From NCBI GenBank assembly GCA_039815185.1, contig JBCBZT010000084.1, forward strand, positions 1 to 23,172: a DNA stretch of 23,172 nt, in the 5' to 3' direction. Of the stretch, positions 8,630-16,167 are shown in pieces (the stretch's first letter is position 1; each line of letters starts with the position of its first letter). Under the pieces are notes generated by a model. That model saw only the letters and a program-made list of their open reading frames with translations, ran no database searches and was not told where the DNA came from. A program made the position numbers and the translations under genes. The DNA comes from Cyanobacteria bacterium P01_A01_bin.123 (GTDB lineage Bacteria > Cyanobacteriota > Cyanobacteriia > Phormidesmidales > Phormidesmidaceae).

Positions 8630-9541
8630 ATGGAAAAATTTAAGCTGCAACTTGACTGGAAACCCAATGCTCAGTTTGCAGGGGTTTTAATTGCCCATCA
8701 TTTTAAGTGGTATCAACAAGCCGGTATCGATTTGGACATCATTCCCTGGCGACCGTATTTGAATCAGGTTGAGGTGTTGAAAAGCGATGAAAATATGCTG
8801 ATCAGCACTGAAGATAATTTATTAATTCGGGGACGGGCTTCTGGACAGCCGATCAAAGCGATCGCGACGATGATGCAATATTCTGGGCTGGGTTGGATGT
8901 CCCTAAAATCCTCTGGAATCCGCACCATAGCAGACCTGAAAGGCAAACGGGTTGGCATTCATGGGGATGGGGAAACAGGGCTCAAAATCACGCTCCAGCA
9001 GTATGGTTTGTCTGAGCAAGCGGTAGAGATTGTCGAAGTGGGCTATGACTATGCAAACTTGCTCAACACGGGAGCATTTGATGCGATTCAGTGCTTAGTG
9101 GCGATTGAACCCAACGAGCTGAAAGCCCAAGGGTTTGATCTGAATGTCATTCCTGCCTATGAATGGGGGTATGAGGTGTACTCCCAAGTGATTTGTACTA
9201 GCGATCGCCTAATTCAAAATCATTCTGAGGCGTTAAAAGCGTTTTTAAAAATCACCTTTGAGGGGTGGCGATATGCGTTTGATCATGCTGCTGAGGTAGC
9301 CGATGTGATTGTGTCTCGCTATCTGCATGAGTCTGATTCGACTCTGCAAGCCGCTTTACTTCAAACCCTTAAACCTTTATTTGCAGGCAAGGTTGGCATG
9401 AACAAACTCGGCTGGATGGCCCCTGAGCGGTGGACAAAAAGTGTGTCCTATCTCAAACAGTACGGCTTGATTGATCAAATGTTACCCCCGGAAGCTTTGA
9501 TGACCAATGCCCTGATGGCATCTATTTATCAAGTGGTTTAG
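8630..9541 (+). CDS. NMT1/THI5-like (SsuA/ThiY-type) binding-protein-fold protein without a signal peptide
   Basis: N-terminal KLQLDWKPNAQFAG, then WYQQAGIDLDI, GIRTIADLKGKRVGI and FLKITFEGWRYAFDH, typical of the NMT1/THI5 family. The fold begins at about residue 3. Confidence 0.88.
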   Translation: MEKFKLQLDWKPNAQFAGVLIAHHFKWYQQAGIDLDIIPWRPYLNQVEVLKSDENMLISTEDNLLIRGRASGQPIKAIATMMQYSGLGWMSLKSSGIRTIADLKGKRVGIHGDGETGLKITLQQYGLSEQAVEIVEVGYDYANLLNTGAFDAIQCLVAIEPNELKAQGFDLNVIPAYEWGYEVYSQVICTSDRLIQNHSEALKAFLKITFEGWRYAFDHAAEVADVIVSRYLHESDSTLQAALLQTLKPLFAGKVGMNKLGWMAPERWTKSVSYLKQYGLIDQMLPPEALMTNALMASIYQVV

Positions 9542-9568
9542 TCCCCCAATAGTGAAAGGAAGCGCCCT

Positions 9569-10528
9569 GTGAAACATTTCCAGAACCCCAAATATGCCCT
9601 CGACAAAAGACTGCTGATTCCCCGTCGGAGACTGCTCAAATACGGTGCGATCGCGTTTGGCACCGGCATTTTAGCCGCCTGCACTAGCGCTGAGTCACCC
9701 GAGGAGGCCGCGACCGACGATGCCGCAACTGCTGATGATGCCGCAACCCCTGACGATACCGAAGCAGCCGCGACCGGGACGACGCTGGAAGCCCTCCAAG
9801 AAAAGGGCTTTTTCAGCTATGGACTAGAAGCTGGCTATCGTCCGTTTGAGTTCTATGACGAGAATAACCAACTGATTGGTTACGACATCGATTTAGCCAA
9901 TGCCCTGGGCGAGCTTTGGGGCATTGAAGCCCGATCGACTCCGACTAACTGGGCAACTGTGATTCAGTCCATGTATGACGGCAGCTTCGACTTTATTTTG
10001 GGGGGCATGACGGCCACGGCAGAACGCTATGAACGCGTCAATTTCTCAATTCCCTACATGGACGCCAGTTCTGGCCTATTGGTGCGGGCAGAGGATGGCA
10101 TTGGCGATCGCCAAGCACTGGACGGCAAGATCGTTGGGGCCAAGGCGGGGACTCCCAGCATTGAACAATTCGACGTCACTCAGGAGGAGTTGGGCATTCA
10201 ATACGCTGAACCCACCAAGACCTTTCCCGATGATGCCGCTGGGGTTGAAGCCCTCCGCAGTGGGCGGATTGATGCCTACGCCAGTTCAGTCGTCAGCATG
10301 TTAGAAGTGACCAAAGAGCAGGAGGGGTTGGCGGTGATTCCCTTCAAGTCTGATCGCTGGGCTGCTGAATACACCTGCGCGGCCTTCCGTAAGGAAGACG
10401 AAGCGCTACGGACTGCCTTCAACGAGGCGATTGCGGCCATGCGGGACGACGGTTCTCTCTATGAGCTGCAGATGAAGTGGTTTGGCGTATCCTTCGAGGA
10501 GTTGACGGCAACGGCCCCGACCTGGTGA
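9569..10528 (+). CDS. Polar amino-acid-type ABC transporter substrate-binding lipoprotein (SBP_bac_3)
   Basis: GTG start with an AAAGGAAG RBS, twin-arginine-like signal (PRRRLLKY...) with lipobox LAAC, and an acidic DDAAT repeat linker. Family motifs are GLEAGYRPFEF, GYDIDLANAL, GGMTATAERYERVNFSIPY and LQMKWFG. Confidence 0.93.
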   Translation: MKHFQNPKYALDKRLLIPRRRLLKYGAIAFGTGILAACTSAESPEEAATDDAATADDAATPDDTEAAATGTTLEALQEKGFFSYGLEAGYRPFEFYDENNQLIGYDIDLANALGELWGIEARSTPTNWATVIQSMYDGSFDFILGGMTATAERYERVNFSIPYMDASSGLLVRAEDGIGDRQALDGKIVGAKAGTPSIEQFDVTQEELGIQYAEPTKTFPDDAAGVEALRSGRIDAYASSVVSMLEVTKEQEGLAVIPFKSDRWAAEYTCAAFRKEDEALRTAFNEAIAAMRDDGSLYELQMKWFGVSFEELTATAPTW

Positions 10529-11229
10529 TTAATTTGATTGATTTCAACTTCATCGCTGAAATTTTGCCTCGACTACTCAACCCCTTCCAGGTAACGATCG
10601 CCGTCAGCCTGATTTCCCTGGGGTTGGGCTTAGTCCTGGGGTTGTCCTTGGGCATGCTGTGGGTGATGAGTGCCTCAGGTGGCCCAGTGCGGCTTGCCTT
10701 GAACAGTTACGTCTGGTTTGTACGGGGGACGCCGATCATCATTCAGATTTACATTGCCTATTTTTTCCTACCCAAGTTGGGCTTCAACTGGGATGTTTTT
10801 TGGATTGGGGTAGTCGCCCTGACGATTAACACCGTGGGCTATCAGATCGAGATTGTCCGGGCTGCGATCGCCTCCATTGACCAGGGTCAGCAGGAAGCCG
10901 CCCTCTCCATTGGTATGACCGACCACAACACAATGGTTTGGATCATCGTGCCCCAGGCCCTGCGGCGGATGATTCCCCCCCTGACCAATGAGCTGGCCAA
11001 TCTGGTCAAAGCCTCATCGATTCTATCCGTAATTTCGCTGTTTGAACTGACAAAAGCGGGCGACGCCATCATCGCCTCCTCTTTCCGGTTTGTGGAAGTC
11101 CTAGCCCTCCTATCTATCTTCTACTTCGCCATCGTTCAAACCCTTTCCCGCATCGCCCGATACCTAGAAAATCGGGTATTCAGTTACGGCAACCTCCCCG
11201 GGGATAGGGGTGGAGAGGTGATGGGGTAA
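10525..11229 (+). CDS. Polar amino-acid ABC transporter permease (HisM/GlnP type)
   Basis: Motifs YVWFVRGTPIIIQI, EIVRAAIASIDQGQQEAALSIGM (EAA loop), PQALRRMIPPLTNE and LVKASS. GTG 10525 overlaps the upstream TGA (GTGA), so it was preferred over the ORF-track start at 10477. Confidence 0.92.
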   Translation: MINLIDFNFIAEILPRLLNPFQVTIAVSLISLGLGLVLGLSLGMLWVMSASGGPVRLALNSYVWFVRGTPIIIQIYIAYFFLPKLGFNWDVFWIGVVALTINTVGYQIEIVRAAIASIDQGQQEAALSIGMTDHNTMVWIIVPQALRRMIPPLTNELANLVKASSILSVISLFELTKAGDAIIASSFRFVEVLALLSIFYFAIVQTLSRIARYLENRVFSYGNLPGDRGGEVMG

Positions 11230-11303
11230 TTAAGCTTTAATTGAACTTTGAAGGGTATCCCTCACTCCCCACCTCCCCCACTCCCCATCTCCCCACTCCC
11301 CCC
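11200..11303. repeat. Facing G-rich (11200-11226) and C-rich (11259-11303) degenerate repeats between the permease and ATPase genes
   Basis: GGGGATAGGGGTGGAGAGGTGATGGGG is followed, after an AT-rich spacer containing AATTAA-GCT-TTAATT, by CCCTCACTCCCCACCTCCCCCACTCCCCATCTCCCCACTCCCCCC. The unit type is the same as at 5039. Confidence 0.8.
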
Positions 11304-12128
11304 ATGAGTCTTTCCTATCGCAATTCCCCCTCCAATCCATCCAACCTCGCCGCCCCTCAACTAGGCGCAAACCTGCTACAGGTGCGGGGCTTAACCAAAT
11401 TTTTTGGCCGGGTGCCTGCATTGATCGATATCAACCTGGATGTGCGGGCTGGGGAGAAAGTGGTGCTGCTGGGGGCGTCCGGATCCGGCAAGAGTACGCT
11501 GCTGCGCTGCCTCAATTGGCTAGAGGTGCCGGATACTGGCACGGTGGCGTTGGATGGCCGGTATCTGGGCAGAGTGCCCGATGGTAAAGGGCAGTGGCGG
11601 TTAGATAGTCCTGCGGAGTTAGCGGCAAAGCGGCGGCAAATTGGCATGGTATTTCAAAGTTTCAATTTGTTTGCCCATCTGCGGGTGCTCGACAATATTG
11701 CCATCGGGCCGCGTAAGGTGCTGAAGCGTCCCAAGGGCGTTTGTCGGGAGCTGGCGCACGCCCTATTGGAACGAGTGCATTTGAGTCACCACGCGAATAA
11801 ATATCCCTGGCAGCTATCTGGTGGCGAACAACAGCGGGTCGCGATCGCCCGCGCCCTGGCCATGAACCCCAAACTGATGCTATTTGATGAACCGACCTCG
11901 GCTCTTGATCCGGCCCTCACCCACGATGTCATGCAGGTGATTCAATCGCTGGCAGCAGAGGGCATGACCATGGTAGTGGTCACCCATGAAGTGCGATTTG
12001 CCCAACAAGCCGCAGACACCGTGGTGTTTATGGAACACGGCAACCTGATTGAACAGGGCAGGCCAGCAAACTTTTTCCATCACCCCCAAACTGAGGCGGC
12101 GCAACGGTTTTTGAGTTATGTCCTGTAG
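11304..12128 (+). CDS. Polar amino-acid ABC transporter ATP-binding protein (GlnQ/HisP type)
   Basis: Walker [11 protein letters not shown]-loop [10 protein letters not shown], signature [15 protein letters not shown], Walker [11 protein letters not shown] and H-loop VVTHE. ATG 11304 was chosen because the upstream in-frame part is repeat-derived. Confidence 0.94.
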   Translation: MSLSYRNSPSNPSNLAAPQLGANLLQVRGLTKFFGRVPALIDINLDVRAGEKVVLLGASGSGKSTLLRCLNWLEVPDTGTVALDGRYLGRVPDGKGQWRLDSPAELAAKRRQIGMVFQSFNLFAHLRVLDNIAIGPRKVLKRPKGVCRELAHALLERVHLSHHANKYPWQLSGGEQQRVAIARALAMNPKLMLFDEPTSALDPALTHDVMQVIQSLAAEGMTMVVVTHEVRFAQQAADTVVFMEHGNLIEQGRPANFFHHPQTEAAQRFLSYVL

Positions 12129-12169
12129 GTTCTATTGGCAAGACGATTGGCAAAACGACTGAGTGAATC

Positions 12170-12895
12170 ATGACCTCCCCTCCCCTCCTGGCCCTCGATA
12201 TTGCATTCATGGGGGAAATTGCGCCCAAATTGCTCCACGCGGCCTGGATCACGCTCCAGATCAGCCTGATATCGGTACTGCTGGGCATCGTTTTTGGGCT
12301 GATTTTTGGCAGTCTGCGGGTGATGGGGCCGCCCTGGCTGCGATCGCCCATTCAGTGGTTTGTAGATTTTGTCCGGGGTGTTCCCCCCCTGCTGCACATT
12401 GCCTTCATCTATTTTGCATTGCCCTACATTGGCGTGCGGCTAAATGAGTTTTGGACGGGGGTGCTGGCGCTGACCATTATTGCAGTCGGCTATGAAATTG
12501 AGATTATTCGAGCCGCTATTGAATCCATCGACCGGGGACAACGGGAATCCGCTCTGTCCATCGGCATGGATGACCGAATGACCATGGTCGAGATTTTGCT
12601 GCCCCAAGCCGCCCGTCGGATGCTCCCGGCCCTGACCAACGAATTAGCCAATGTGATTAAGGCGTCTTCGCTTTTGTCCGTTATTTCTGTCAATGAATTA
12701 ACCCACGTTGGCAATGCTTTGATCTTTCAACATTTCGTTTTTGCTGAAGTTTTAATTCAGGTAACTGTGCTGTATTTGGTGATTGTTAGTGGGCTGACGT
12801 TTGTGTCGGCCTATCTAGAAGCCAGATTCTTTTCCATTCCTGCCTATGGCAGTGAACGTTATGGGGCAATTTTAGGAGATCCGATGATTCGATAA
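12170..12895 (+). CDS. Second polar amino-acid ABC transporter permease
   Basis: Motifs FVDFVRGVPPLL, EIIRAAIESIDRGQRESALSIGM, PQAARRMLPALTNE and VIKASS; paralogous to 10525-11229. Confidence 0.93.
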   Translation: MTSPPLLALDIAFMGEIAPKLLHAAWITLQISLISVLLGIVFGLIFGSLRVMGPPWLRSPIQWFVDFVRGVPPLLHIAFIYFALPYIGVRLNEFWTGVLALTIIAVGYEIEIIRAAIESIDRGQRESALSIGMDDRMTMVEILLPQAARRMLPALTNELANVIKASSLLSVISVNELTHVGNALIFQHFVFAEVLIQVTVLYLVIVSGLTFVSAYLEARFFSIPAYGSERYGAILGDPMIR

Positions 12896-12935
12896 GGCTG
12901 GTTGACGGCATTGCAGTGCTCATGTTTGGAAGGTT

Positions 12936-13607
12936 ATGAATCTGCCCGCTTTGATTGAAAACAAAGCTTCCTCGTTATCCGAGCGTGTTTTTGACACCCT
13001 CAAACAGGGGATTATGTCGCTGCACATCAAGCCGCGAGAATATCTCGTGATTGGGGACATTGCCAAAGAATACAGCGTTAGTCGCACCCCCGTTCGAGAA
13101 GCCCTGATCAGACTGGAGCAGGAGGGATGGTTGGAAAGTGATGGCCGTCGGGGGGCTCGGGTCACTGTGCCGTCTGCTGATGTGATTTTGGAGGCGATCG
13201 AGGTGCAATCCGCCCTAGAGGGGTATGTGGTGCGTCGCGCTACCGCCCTTGTGACCGATGCGGATATCCAACAGCTCACCACCATTTTGGATCAAGCCGA
13301 TCAGGAAATCATTGCCGGTAACCTAGAAGATGCCTATCAAATCGGCGATCGCTTCCATCAATACCTAGCGGATAAAGTCGGGAACCGCAAACTCAAAGCT
13401 GAAATTTCCCAACTCCAAGAACACATCGATCGCGTCCGCGCTCTGATTTGGAAACATGCGATTATTCCAGTTGAAATCTCAGCCCAACAACACCGAGCAA
13501 TTCTATCGGCGATTCAAGATTGCAACGCTACAAAGGCAGAGGAGCTGATGATTTATCACACCGTTTGGTATGAGAAAAAACTGGCAAGTGTGTTAGAACA
13601 GTTCTGA
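12936..13607 (+). CDS. GntR family transcriptional regulator with FCD ligand-binding domain
   Basis: Winged-helix motif VSRTPVREALIRLEQEG and an FCD domain with conserved histidines (FHQYL, QHRAIL, MIYH). RBS GGAAGG lies upstream of the ATG. Confidence 0.93.
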   Translation: MNLPALIENKASSLSERVFDTLKQGIMSLHIKPREYLVIGDIAKEYSVSRTPVREALIRLEQEGWLESDGRRGARVTVPSADVILEAIEVQSALEGYVVRRATALVTDADIQQLTTILDQADQEIIAGNLEDAYQIGDRFHQYLADKVGNRKLKAEISQLQEHIDRVRALIWKHAIIPVEISAQQHRAILSAIQDCNATKAEELMIYHTVWYEKKLASVLEQF

Positions 13608-13638
13608 TTTTTTGTATTTCAACATAACGAGGCACACC

Positions 13639-14535
13639 GTGAATTCCTCCAGCCCCAGCTCCCAATCCGCCAGTCCCTCCCCAGCCTTGGCGCTCCCCAA
13701 AGTCACGCCCATTCATGACTTCAAAGGCCCCAATGGCGAGCGGTGTGTGGTGTCTATTGGTTGGCATGTGGATGGTGAAGCGGGCGCGATCGCCAGCGAC
13801 GCCCAGGCGGTCAATCATTTGGCTGCCCTTTCCGAGGGAGCATACGGCATTTCCACGGCATTACCTCGCATTCTCGAAATGCATCGAGTGTTTAATATTC
13901 CAGGTTCTTTTTTCATTCCCAGTTATGTGGCCGAACTCCATCCTGAGGCTGTGGCAGCGGTGGTTGCTGAAGGACACGAAGTTGCCCACCACGGCTACCG
14001 CCATGAAAATTGCTTTTTTATGGACGAGGCCGAACAGCATGAGGTTTTTCTCAAGGGCATCACGACGCTAGCGCAGATTACGGGCAAAGCGCCTATGGGT
14101 TGGAGCGCTCCCGGTTGGGGCGTCAAACTCGACACGCTAGAACTGATCGGTAAGTTGGGGATGATCTACGACTGTAGCTTGATGGAATACGACACCCCTT
14201 ACTGGCTGACAACGTCGCAGGGTACCCTGGTGGAATTGCCGATTAGCATGGTGCTAGATGACTGGCAAATCTTTGGTGCGACGCCGTTTCCGGATGGGGG
14301 GGTGAATGCCACGGCGGCATCTGCCTATCAAATTTGGCAAGAAGAATTTGATGGTATGCGTCGCTTCGGCGGCTTTTTTAACACGACCTTTCATCCCAAT
14401 CTGATGGGCAGGCCTGGACGCTTAAATATGCTCTACCGCTTGTTTGAATATATGAAGTCCTTTGATGATGTTTGGTGGGCGACTTGTGCTGACGTGGCGG
14501 CTTATGTGCAGACTCACTGGAAAATTGATGATTAG
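13639..14535 (+). CDS. Polysaccharide deacetylase (CE4) superfamily hydrolase, PuuE/HpPgdA-like subgroup
   Basis: Motifs GSFFIP, GHEVAHHGYRHE (HxxxH), GWSAPGW, YDCSLM, LVELPISMVLDDW, WQEEFD and TFHPNLMGRPGR. GTG 13639 has a GAGG RBS. No signal peptide. Confidence 0.88.
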   Translation: MNSSSPSSQSASPSPALALPKVTPIHDFKGPNGERCVVSIGWHVDGEAGAIASDAQAVNHLAALSEGAYGISTALPRILEMHRVFNIPGSFFIPSYVAELHPEAVAAVVAEGHEVAHHGYRHENCFFMDEAEQHEVFLKGITTLAQITGKAPMGWSAPGWGVKLDTLELIGKLGMIYDCSLMEYDTPYWLTTSQGTLVELPISMVLDDWQIFGATPFPDGGVNATAASAYQIWQEEFDGMRRFGGFFNTTFHPNLMGRPGRLNMLYRLFEYMKSFDDVWWATCADVAAYVQTHWKIDD

Positions 14536-14647
14536 AATCCCAGCATCGATGGGTTTACGTTAAAGAAACTAAGCGCCCATTTGACGCGGAAGTTGCCTCT
14601 TGAGCTTCTGGGACGGTTGGATCAGGCCAAGCAAGGCGATCAGCGAC

Positions 14648-14808
14648 TTAGGTGCGCTCGCGCAATTGCTTGGCAAACGGTCGAGACCAATTGGTATGGT
14701 CTCCAGCTATCACAATGGGCTCGTTATCGGCAACTTCGATCTCCCGAGGTGTAGACGCATTAACTAATGGCGTTGGGGACGGCTATCTACAAGCGCTTCA
14801 TAAGTGGT
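14648..14808 (-). pseudogene. Internal fragment of a DDE transposase (resembles the cyanobacterial IS701-like/NF041680-type family), degraded
   Basis: Manual translation of the minus strand gives TTYEALVDSRPQRH*LMRLHL, then after a frameshift REIEVADNEPIVIAGDHTNWSRPFAKQLRERT*. This matches the pattern YEAL.DSRPQR..LM.LY...AGDHT.WSRP.A..L.ERT that I recall for that family. It is not in the ORF track. Confidence 0.72.
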
Positions 14809-14860
14809 GCGATCGCATTCGAGCCTACTTTAATCTAAACAATAAATGTACAGTTTATGT

Positions 14861-15793
14861 TCAGGCTATCCGTAGACGTTCAACATCCCGAATCGGCGGC
14901 GCACCAAACATCCGAGAATATTCGCGACTAAATTGTGAAGGACTTTCATACCCTACCTGATAGGCGGCATTGGATGCATTGAAGTTTTCGGCAAGCATCA
15001 GACGACGGGCTTCGAGGAGTCTTAATTGCTTGTGATATTGCAGCGGACTCATGGATGTCACTGCTTTGAAATGATGATGAAAAGAGGAAACAGACATCTC
15101 CGCTTGCCTTGCGAGATTCTCAACCTGCATCGGTCGTGCTAGATCAGCCTTGAGTTGTTTAATTACCTCAGCAATCCGCTGCATGTTGCTACCAGAGGTG
15201 GCAATTTGGCGAACCGCTGCACCTTGGTCGCTCATTAAAAGGTGATAGTAGAGCTCACGCATCATTAGCGGAGCAAGGATTGCAATATCCTGTGGTGTAT
15301 CCAAAAGCTTCGCTAGTCTGAGCGTGCAATCGAGCAATGGTTGATCAATCGTTCTGACAAATAACCCCCTTACCGCATTCTCTTGTTGGCGCTTGGTCGG
15401 ACTCGTTTGAATCGCTAGATCACAGAGTTGACAGGGATCTATATTCACCTTGAGACTTAGATAAGGCTTTTCAGGCGCTGCTTCCACAACAAATGCGCTT
15501 AACGGCAAATCAACTGACGCGACAAGATATTGAGCCGCACTATAAGGATAGACTTCCTCACCCAGCAACACTTTCTTTTTACCTTGAACCAGAATGGCAA
15601 AGAAAGGGTTGAAGACACCATGTATTGCAGTGGGCACTGAAGATGCTCGCTGCAACACCATCTGATTAATTGCAGTTTGATGAAACCCGTCTCCCTTACC
15701 ATCCGTATGACGAGTGAGCAGTGACGCTAATTCTTGGCACTGATTCGTGATTGTAACCGCGTGGATGGCTGGGCTGATGACTTGATCGGTCAT
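14861..15793 (-). CDS. AraC family transcriptional regulator with AraC_N domain (YqhC-like)
   Basis: N-domain motifs ILVQGKKKVLLGEE, YLVASVDLP and LAPLMMRELYYHLL; C-terminal double HTH MSVSSFHHHFKAVTSMSPLQYHKQLRLLEARRLM and VGYESPSQFSREYSRMFGAPP. Confidence 0.95.
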   Translation of the reverse strand: MTDQVISPAIHAVTITNQCQELASLLTRHTDGKGDGFHQTAINQMVLQRASSVPTAIHGVFNPFFAILVQGKKKVLLGEEVYPYSAAQYLVASVDLPLSAFVVEAAPEKPYLSLKVNIDPCQLCDLAIQTSPTKRQQENAVRGLFVRTIDQPLLDCTLRLAKLLDTPQDIAILAPLMMRELYYHLLMSDQGAAVRQIATSGSNMQRIAEVIKQLKADLARPMQVENLARQAEMSVSSFHHHFKAVTSMSPLQYHKQLRLLEARRLMLAENFNASNAAYQVGYESPSQFSREYSRMFGAPPIRDVERLRIA

Positions 15794-15850
15794 ATCAGTT
15801 CATTCAATCGTATTCCACTCAGCATTGTAGAGGACTCATAAAATTCCAAC

Positions 15851-15865
15851 TTGGAGGATTAGGCA
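15851..15865 (+). promoter_or_regulatory. Candidate operator for the divergent AraC_N regulator
   Basis: TTGGAGGATTAGGCA lies 58 nt upstream of the araC start and resembles GGAGGAT.AGGCAA motifs I recall from promoters divergent to YqhC-like regulators. A near-identical inverted copy lies at 16043-16058. Confidence 0.45.
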
Positions 15866-15923
15866 ATAAACTTCGAGGTCTGTGTATTTATCAATCTTGC
15901 TGCTACCACTACTGTGAATCTAG

Positions 15924-15995
15924 GCCGCCAGTTTTAGCAAAGCCCTAGAGCGCGATGTTCAGGCGGTTGCCCTTCCTGAGCGTGAATGGTCTTAG
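15924..15995 (+). pseudogene. Fragment 1 of a probable NmrA-like/NAD(P)-binding oxidoreductase gene
   Basis: It translates as AASFSKALERDVQAVALPEREWS*, similar to the A..FS.ALGR.V..V.VP...W segment of NmrA-like proteins. It has no start codon and lies divergent from the AraC_N gene. Confidence 0.5.
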
Positions 15996-15997
15996 TT
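15954..15997 (+). repeat. 44-bp direct repeat, copy 1 (left flank of the cupin gene segment)
   Basis: GATGTTCAGGCGGTTGCCCTTCCTGAGCGTGAATGGTCTTAGTT; 40 of 44 positions are identical to 16711-16754. Confidence 0.95.
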
Positions 15998-16167
15998 AAA
16001 GCCGATGATAGCTGCCGAACCATTTGTTAGGGGGAAAGATTCTGCCTAATCGCTCCAAATAGCAAATTATGGATAGATATTTCAGCCTAATTACCCTGTG
16101 ACGGTAACAGGTGGAATTTTGTCTACCTAATGATTCAAAACACCATCTAATTGAAGAGAGAACTGTT

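Larger units (their letters stand above)
932..14816. repeat. Dispersed HIP1 octamers (GCGATCGC), about 27 copies in this span
   Basis: Counted by eye at 932, 1628, 2410, 2704, 2810, 2864, 2879, 3092, 3879, 4142, 4249, 5788, 6180, 6213, 6879, 7540, 8378, 8858, 9201, 9647, 10104, 10864, 11841, 12340, 13345, 13786 and 14809. Only three were seen further right (19216, 20003, 22176). HIP1 enrichment is an established cyanobacterial genome signature. Confidence 0.9.

Noticed and set aside
8630..9541. Calling this gene thi5 (HMP-P synthase) or thiY
   Set aside because: It lacks the CCCxC motif of THI5 and a signal peptide, and no thiXZ-type partners or TPP riboswitch were recognised nearby.
12134..12157. 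Tandem 12-mer ATTGGCAAGACG/ATTGGCAAAACG between the ATPase and permease genes
   Set aside because: It is a two-copy micro-duplication with no evidence of function.
5579..14071. Many short ORFs nested in or antisense to the RND and ABC-cluster genes
   Set aside because: They are shadow frames of well-supported genes with no independent evidence.
13639..14535. Calling this gene puuE or pgdA
   Set aside because: The PuuE motifs (NYEEG, GWYTGR) are absent and no purine catabolism genes are adjacent; only subgroup-level similarity is supported.
14536..14640. Possible 3' remnant of another minus-strand gene (DRLAWPDPTVPEAQEATSASNGRLVSLT*)
   Set aside because: It is too short, has no recognisable family, and another frame is similarly open.
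14652..14960. 102-aa plus-strand ORF
   Set aside because: It lies antisense to the transposase relic and to the araC 3' end, and shows no recognisable protein features.
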